From: Archaeoglobaceae archaeon
Lineage (GTDB): Archaea > Halobacteriota > Archaeoglobi > Archaeoglobales > Archaeoglobaceae
Direction: 5' to 3'
Assembly: GCA_038893835.1 (NCBI GenBank)
Contig: JAWAQR010000006.1
Span: 1 to 56,137 of the forward strand
DNA: 56,137 nucleotides
The notes under the pieces were generated by a model that worked only from the letters and a program-made list of their open reading frames with translations, did no database searches and was not told where the DNA came from. Below, one piece after another: positions 51,265 to 56,137 of the stretch; within the stretch, counting starts at the first letter, position 1; each line of letters begins with the position of its first letter. The translations under genes and the position numbers were made by a program.

Positions 51265-52088
51265 AGAAAATAGATGAGCACGGATAAAAGAATTGTGGAG
51301 CTTATGATTGCGTTTATGTAAAAGAAGGACATCTGTATCCTTTGCTCGCTGTGTTCCTTTCTAACTAAATAATGCTCCAAAAAAAGAAGGAAGGCTATTG
51401 GAGGGAGAAGGAATGGGAAGTTAGAGAAAAAGAAAGCAATAAGTGAGAAAAAGATTAAATGATTGATTCTTGATATCCATTTGGCAAAATTCTCTCCGAA
51501 ATGCGCTCCCAGAGAATGGAGTCCATATTTTCTATCAAACTCAGCGTCTTGGAGAGCATAGATTATGTCGAATCCAGCTACCCAAAAAACTACGGAAGCT
51601 GAGAAGAGAAGTATGTTCAAATCGAAATCCAGTGAATCCTTTACAGCAATCCATCCACCTAGAGGAGCTAGAGCTAAGTTTAGGCCGAGGAAGTAATGGG
51701 AGAGGCAGGTAAATCTCTTTAAGTACGGATAGACATAAGCCACTACTGCAGGGATTGGGGAGAATATGAAAGCTGTCCAGTTTATGAGGAAAGCTGAAAA
51801 GATGTACACAGATAAACCTATGAATGCAATTGTATAAGCTTCCTTTAAGCTCATCAGTCCAGATGGCAGGTGTCTTTTGGCAGTCCTTGGGTTTAAAGCA
51901 TCTATTTCTCTGTCTATGATCCTATTGAATGCCATTGCGAATGTTCTCAACCCCGTGAATGCAAAAAGTATTAGTAAGGCAATTCTTGAATCAATTTCTC
52001 CAGCTATAAGGGCTCCTGCATAGGCAAAAGGTAAGGCAAAAAGGGTGTGCTCAATCTTTATGAATTCAAGATACGTTTTGATCCTCAA
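51252..52088 (-). CDS. mqnP: UbiA-family prenyltransferase (menaquinone biosynthesis MqnP type)
   Basis: IKIEHTLFALPFA, AMAFNRIIDREIDALNPRT..R.LP, Y.YLKRFT and FDIIYALQDAEFD. Confidence 0.82.
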   Translation of the reverse strand: MRIKTYLEFIKIEHTLFALPFAYAGALIAGEIDSRIALLILFAFTGLRTFAMAFNRIIDREIDALNPRTAKRHLPSGLMSLKEAYTIAFIGLSVYIFSAFLINWTAFIFSPIPAVVAYVYPYLKRFTCLSHYFLGLNLALAPLGGWIAVKDSLDFDLNILLFSASVVFWVAGFDIIYALQDAEFDRKYGLHSLGAHFGENFAKWISRINHLIFFSLIAFFFSNFPFLLPPIAFLLFLEHYLVRKEHSEQRIQMSFFYINAIISSTILLSVLIYFLQKL

Positions 52089-54670
52089 ATTCCACCTCCA
52101 ATCACGCCCATAACTTTTTCATGCAATTCCCTCAAAATTCTTCTTCTATCCTCCATAAGGACAACATCTTCTTCTCCAAGGACGAACATGTTGAAGGCGA
52201 ATGGACTCGGATATGGAACGCGGATAATCCGAAGCTCTATTTCTTTTCCTACCTTTGAAAGGAACTCCATCGCATTGCTTATGTCCATAGCATCCTCCAT
52301 TATCTCTCTGTAAGTCTCTTTTAGCACAGGAAAGTCTGGATAGTATCTTTTCAAAAAGCTTAGAATCGCATCCGCATTTAGCTGCTGCTTCCAAACACTC
52401 TTCTCTCTGCCGAGATAATTTCTTAGGATCATAAAACTGCGGACTGCAACGTGTCTAAATCTCCTTCTTAAAATTTCCGTATGCTCCAAAGCCTTCTTCA
52501 AATGCTCTTCGAAGTTTGGCATTATGAAAAGACTCTCAATTTCTGCATCGCTCAAACGTTTGCTTTCTGGCAAGATTAAAGCAAATCCATTGTCATTGGC
52601 AACGATTTGAACGTTGCAATCCTTCATTACACCAACCCGATATGCAAAGACACGAGATATTGCATTGTTAGCCCTTCTTCCAACGAGGGTGTGGAAGAAG
52701 TAGTAATTCTTTTCCCTCTCAAATTTTTCAACTACTAACTTTTTATCAGTTGGAATCTCGCTGAAAAGCTTTTGTTCAATGAAAAATCTATATATTGCAT
52801 TTGCAGAAACTTTGTCCAGATTGTATTTGCTCATGAGCCATTCTATTGCATCTTTTTCAAGTCTTCTCTCCATCTCCCCCCTAAACTTCTGAATTCTAAG
52901 GGCCAAATCGTAGCTCAAGGGTAGCTGTTCGCTGAACCAGCTGGGAACAGTTGGCTTCTCCCCTTCCACTTCTTCGACTATTAAATTCATCCCCTTTGAC
53001 TTCAAAAATCTGAATGTTTTGCCAGCAAGGATGAAGATGTCACCAACGACAAGCCTTTCAGCGAAATCTTCTTCAACCTTTCCAACCATTTTCCCCTCTT
53101 TTGTTATCACGTTTATCGCAACTTCATCCGGAATAGTTCCAACATTTAAATAGTAGATTGGTCTGAGCATCTTTCCCCTTCTGCCAAAAAATCCCTCTTT
53201 TTCATCGAACCATATCTTTGCATAAACATTCTTTCTCTCTAGTTCAGAAAACTCTCCAGATAAGTAACGGAGGACACTCAGAAAGTCTTCTTTACTCAGA
53301 TTTCTGTAAGGATAGGCATTTCTAACCAAAGCCAAAGCTTCATCAACGCTCCACTTCTTTTCTATAGCCATTCCAACTATGTGCTGACACAGAACGTCTA
53401 GACAATTCTCAGGAATCCTTATCCTATCGAGATTTCTTTCCATGGCTTCCTTTGCCAGTACTGTACATTCCACGAGGTCATCTGGGTCAAGAACTATTAT
53501 CCTTCCAACAGAAACTTCGTGAAGTCTATGACCACTCCTTCCAATTCTTTGTAAAGCCCTGCTTATACTTTTAGGCGAGCCGAGGAGAATTACGAGGTCT
53601 ATGTATCCAATGTCTATGCCGAGTTCCAAACTCGTGGATGATACGACGCATTTTAGCTTTCCTTCTTTCAGTTCCTTCTCAACTTCTAAACGGACCTCTT
53701 TTGACAAAGAACTGTGATGCGCTTTTATCGCCTCATCTTTCAATCTTTTTTTCAGATAATAGACAACCCTTTCCGTTGCACTCCTAGTGTTTGTGAAGAT
53801 CAGCGTAGTCTTAGAGTTTTTTACGAGTTCCGCAATTGTGTCGTAAAGTCTCTCATTTATCTCCTCAGCCGTGAGGTTGAAGAAATCGTTTATTGGCGAT
53901 ATAACCTTTATATCTATCTTCTTTTCATATGAAACATCAGCCACCAAGCAATCTCTTTCAACTCCATATTCCATACCAACCAAAAATCTTGCAACATCTT
54001 CTATCGGCGCAATTGTTGCAGATAGACCAATTCTTGTCATCTTACCTTGTTGAACTCTCTGCAATCTCTCCATCGATAAAGATAAGTGTGTTCCGCGTTT
54101 GTTTTCAGCCATTGCATGTATTTCATCAACGATCAAAAATCTAACATTTCTCAGGCTTTTTGAGAACTTCGGACTGCATAGCGTTATTGCTAGAGTTTCC
54201 GGAGTGGTTATTAAGATGTGGGGCGGTTTTTTTATTTGTTTTTGCCTTTCATTCGCATCCGTGTCTCCAGTTCTGACTGCAATTCTTATCTTCTGTAGAT
54301 CAATTCCCCTCTTTTCTGCCAACTCATATATTTCTCTTAAAGGCTCTTCCAAGTTCTTTCTTATATCGTTGTTGAGCGCTTTCAATGGGGAAACATAGAC
54401 GACATAGACTTCATCGCTCAGCTGTCCTTTTTCAGCCTTTTCAATTAACATACTCAGAGCTGACATGAAAGCTGCAAGCGTTTTTCCGCTGCCTGTTGGA
54501 GATGTTATTAAAATGTTGTTCCCCTTTGCCGCTTCAACTATCGCAAATCTTTGCGGTGGAGTAAAGGTTTCAAACTTCGATAGAAACCATTCCCTAAGTA
54601 AGGGATGCATCGATGCTAGTATTTCGTCATCGCTGTATGGCTTCGCTTTTATTATCATTTTATCCACCAC
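52085..54670 (-). CDS. lhr: ATP-dependent Lhr-family SF2 helicase
   Basis: PTGSGKT, SPLKALNNDI, TTPE, DEIH, GLSAT, LELGIDIG, QRIGRSGH and the DEAD_assoc motif (RRRFRHVA). Confidence 0.93.
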   Translation of the reverse strand: MVDKMIIKAKPYSDDEILASMHPLLREWFLSKFETFTPPQRFAIVEAAKGNNILITSPTGSGKTLAAFMSALSMLIEKAEKGQLSDEVYVVYVSPLKALNNDIRKNLEEPLREIYELAEKRGIDLQKIRIAVRTGDTDANERQKQIKKPPHILITTPETLAITLCSPKFSKSLRNVRFLIVDEIHAMAENKRGTHLSLSMERLQRVQQGKMTRIGLSATIAPIEDVARFLVGMEYGVERDCLVADVSYEKKIDIKVISPINDFFNLTAEEINERLYDTIAELVKNSKTTLIFTNTRSATERVVYYLKKRLKDEAIKAHHSSLSKEVRLEVEKELKEGKLKCVVSSTSLELGIDIGYIDLVILLGSPKSISRALQRIGRSGHRLHEVSVGRIIVLDPDDLVECTVLAKEAMERNLDRIRIPENCLDVLCQHIVGMAIEKKWSVDEALALVRNAYPYRNLSKEDFLSVLRYLSGEFSELERKNVYAKIWFDEKEGFFGRRGKMLRPIYYLNVGTIPDEVAINVITKEGKMVGKVEEDFAERLVVGDIFILAGKTFRFLKSKGMNLIVEEVEGEKPTVPSWFSEQLPLSYDLALRIQKFRGEMERRLEKDAIEWLMSKYNLDKVSANAIYRFFIEQKLFSEIPTDKKLVVEKFEREKNYYFFHTLVGRRANNAISRVFAYRVGVMKDCNVQIVANDNGFALILPESKRLSDAEIESLFIMPNFEEHLKKALEHTEILRRRFRHVAVRSFMILRNYLGREKSVWKQQLNADAILSFLKRYYPDFPVLKETYREIMEDAMDISNAMEFLSKVGKEIELRIIRVPYPSPFAFNMFVLGEEDVVLMEDRRRILRELHEKVMGVIGGGI

Positions 54671-54920
54671 TCACAGGTGGAAAAATCGCTATAACATCGC
54701 TTTCTGAAACCTCTATTTCGAGATTTCTACGGAAATGTCTTCCATTGACCATGATTTGAACGATTTCTTTTAACTTTCCATCGGAAAAAAAGACTTCTTT
54801 CAGTTTTGGGCATTTAGCGACAAGATTTTCAATCACTTCTCTCAAATTTCTCCCTTCTACCTCAATCTCTCCAAATCCCGCAATTTCACGAAACATTGCA
54901 AAGAGCTTAACCTTTGGCAT
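54660..54920 (-). CDS. Ubiquitin-like SAMP/MoaD sulfur carrier
   Basis: VKLFA.FRE..G, VNGR and C-terminal FPPVSGG di-glycine. Confidence 0.9.
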   Translation of the reverse strand: MPKVKLFAMFREIAGFGEIEVEGRNLREVIENLVAKCPKLKEVFFSDGKLKEIVQIMVNGRHFRRNLEIEVSESDVIAIFPPVSGG

Positions 54921-56079
54921 TCACGAATTCCTCCATTCTATCTAAAGCTTCTTTCAACTTTTCAAACCTCACAGCAAATGCTAAGCGCACGTATCCTTCT
55001 CCACATTCTCCAAACGCATTTCCGGGAACGACTGCGACATTCTTCTTGAACAATAGTTCTTCTGCAAATTCTTCGCTGCTCATTCCTGTTGAGGAAATGT
55101 TGGGAAATGCATAGAATGTCCCATCAGGCTTTCTAACTTCCAAAAATTCACTTAATCTTTTTACTACATAATTTCTCCTTCGCAAGTATTCAGCTTTTGC
55201 TTTTTCAACTTCATCCAGACATTTTAACGCCTCGATTGCACCGATCTGTGAAGTTATTGGAGCACAGAGCATGCAGTATTGATGGATTTTGAGAGCTGCG
55301 TTGAATATGTCTTGGGGAGCTATTAGATATCCAACTCTTAATCCAGTCATAGAAAAAGCTTTTGAGAATCCATTTATTATTATGCAACGTTCCTCCATTC
55401 CATTGAGAGAGGCTATCGACACATGTTTAAAATCATAAGTTAACTCTGCATATATTTCATCGGAAATCACCAACAAATCATGCTCAAGAACACTGTCCGC
55501 TATTTCCTCAAGCTCCTTTTTTGTATAACTAACGCCAGTCGGATTCGCTGGATAGTTTATTATGATTGCCTTAGTCTTTTCATCCACGTATTTCTCTATC
55601 CTTTCTTTCGTCAGCTTGAAATCAGGATTCGTCGCAATTGAAATGGCTTCGCCATGGCAAATTGATACGAGTGGTTTATAGCTGACATAACATGGTTCTG
55701 GGATTAGAACTCTATCCCCTGGATCGATTATAGCTCTTATCGCCAAATCTATTGCTTCACTTGCACCTGTCGTTACCAGGATTTGATTTGGGGACACTTC
55801 AAGGGAGAATCGCTTGTAGTATTTAGCAATTCCCTCCCTCAATTCTGGAAGTCCGAGGTTGGAAGTGTAGGAAGTAAAACCCTTTTCAAGCGAATATATC
55901 ATTTCCTCTCTTATCCTCCAAGGGACAGGAAAATCCGGCTCTCCAACGCCGAGGCTTATGACGTCTTCTCTTCCAATTACTAGATCAAAGAATCTCCTTA
56001 TACCGGATGGTCTAAGTTCTTCAACCCTCTTCGCAACCCTACGGCACGAACGCGAGCCTTCTATCTTCTTCATCTGCAA
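54907..56079 (-). CDS. Class I/II PLP aminotransferase (AlaT/YugH-like)
   Basis: SGIRRFFDL, SLGVGEPDF, NYPANPTG, DEIY, NGFSKAFSMTGLRVG and VPGNAFG..GEGYVR. TTG start after GGGGTGA. Confidence 0.92.
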   Translation of the reverse strand: MQMKKIEGSRSCRRVAKRVEELRPSGIRRFFDLVIGREDVISLGVGEPDFPVPWRIREEMIYSLEKGFTSYTSNLGLPELREGIAKYYKRFSLEVSPNQILVTTGASEAIDLAIRAIIDPGDRVLIPEPCYVSYKPLVSICHGEAISIATNPDFKLTKERIEKYVDEKTKAIIINYPANPTGVSYTKKELEEIADSVLEHDLLVISDEIYAELTYDFKHVSIASLNGMEERCIIINGFSKAFSMTGLRVGYLIAPQDIFNAALKIHQYCMLCAPITSQIGAIEALKCLDEVEKAKAEYLRRRNYVVKRLSEFLEVRKPDGTFYAFPNISSTGMSSEEFAEELLFKKNVAVVPGNAFGECGEGYVRLAFAVRFEKLKEALDRMEEFVNAKG

Positions 56080-56137
56080 AAAGAGTCACCCCCTCTTCTT
56101 TGTAAGTTCTTAGAACGAAATGTGTGACAGTATCTCT
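56039..56137 (-). CDS. Lrp/AsnC-family regulator (AlaR/YugG-like), 3' end only
   Basis: Not in the ORF track. Manual translation RDTVTHFVLRTYKEEGVTLFADEEDRRLAFVP* matches the T.THF.L..YK..G C-terminal tail of regulators encoded upstream of YugH-type aminotransferases. Confidence 0.75.
   Translation of the reverse strand, partial: RDTVTHFVLRTYKEEGVTLFADEEDRRLAFVP

Overview
Gene-dense archaeal chromosome segment, most consistent with an Archaeoglobi (Archaeoglobaceae-like) thermophile. The evidence is the split rpoB''/B' and rpoA'/A'', the futalosine menaquinone pathway, a beta-alpha ADP-forming acyl-CoA synthetase, GC-rich intronless tRNAs lacking CCA, GGAGGTGA-type RBSs and many apparently leaderless TATA promoters. 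From left to right it holds: a four-subunit dye-linked proline dehydrogenase/sarcosine-oxidase-like operon; a divergent hdrA-mvhD(flxD)-flxCBA-hdrCB electron-bifurcation cluster headed by an unusual ferredoxin-MvhD-like-wHTH fusion; a wHTH-CBS regulator; the rpoH-B''-B'-A'-A''-L30e-nusA-S12-S7-EF2-NIP7 operon; mtaD-like, trm10, ribB and ribK(RbkR); mqnDEAC; a beta-oxidation operon with a CCG-type Fe-S protein; RaSEA, rhomboid, SCP2 and a PRC-barrel protein; leuC-like and three metalloprotease-family genes; acyl-CoA synthetase; a decayed PLP-decarboxylase pseudogene; galT-like/amrS/mtnA; and mqnP, lhr, SAMP, aminotransferase and Lrp. Five tRNA genes are spread through the window. I found no CRISPR array, IS, integrase, rRNA, intein or Sec/Pyl recoding. 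The best novelty candidate is the double-FAD HdrA/Flx cluster with a second, wHTH-fused MvhD-like protein. All family assignments come from motif recognition by eye, without database searches.
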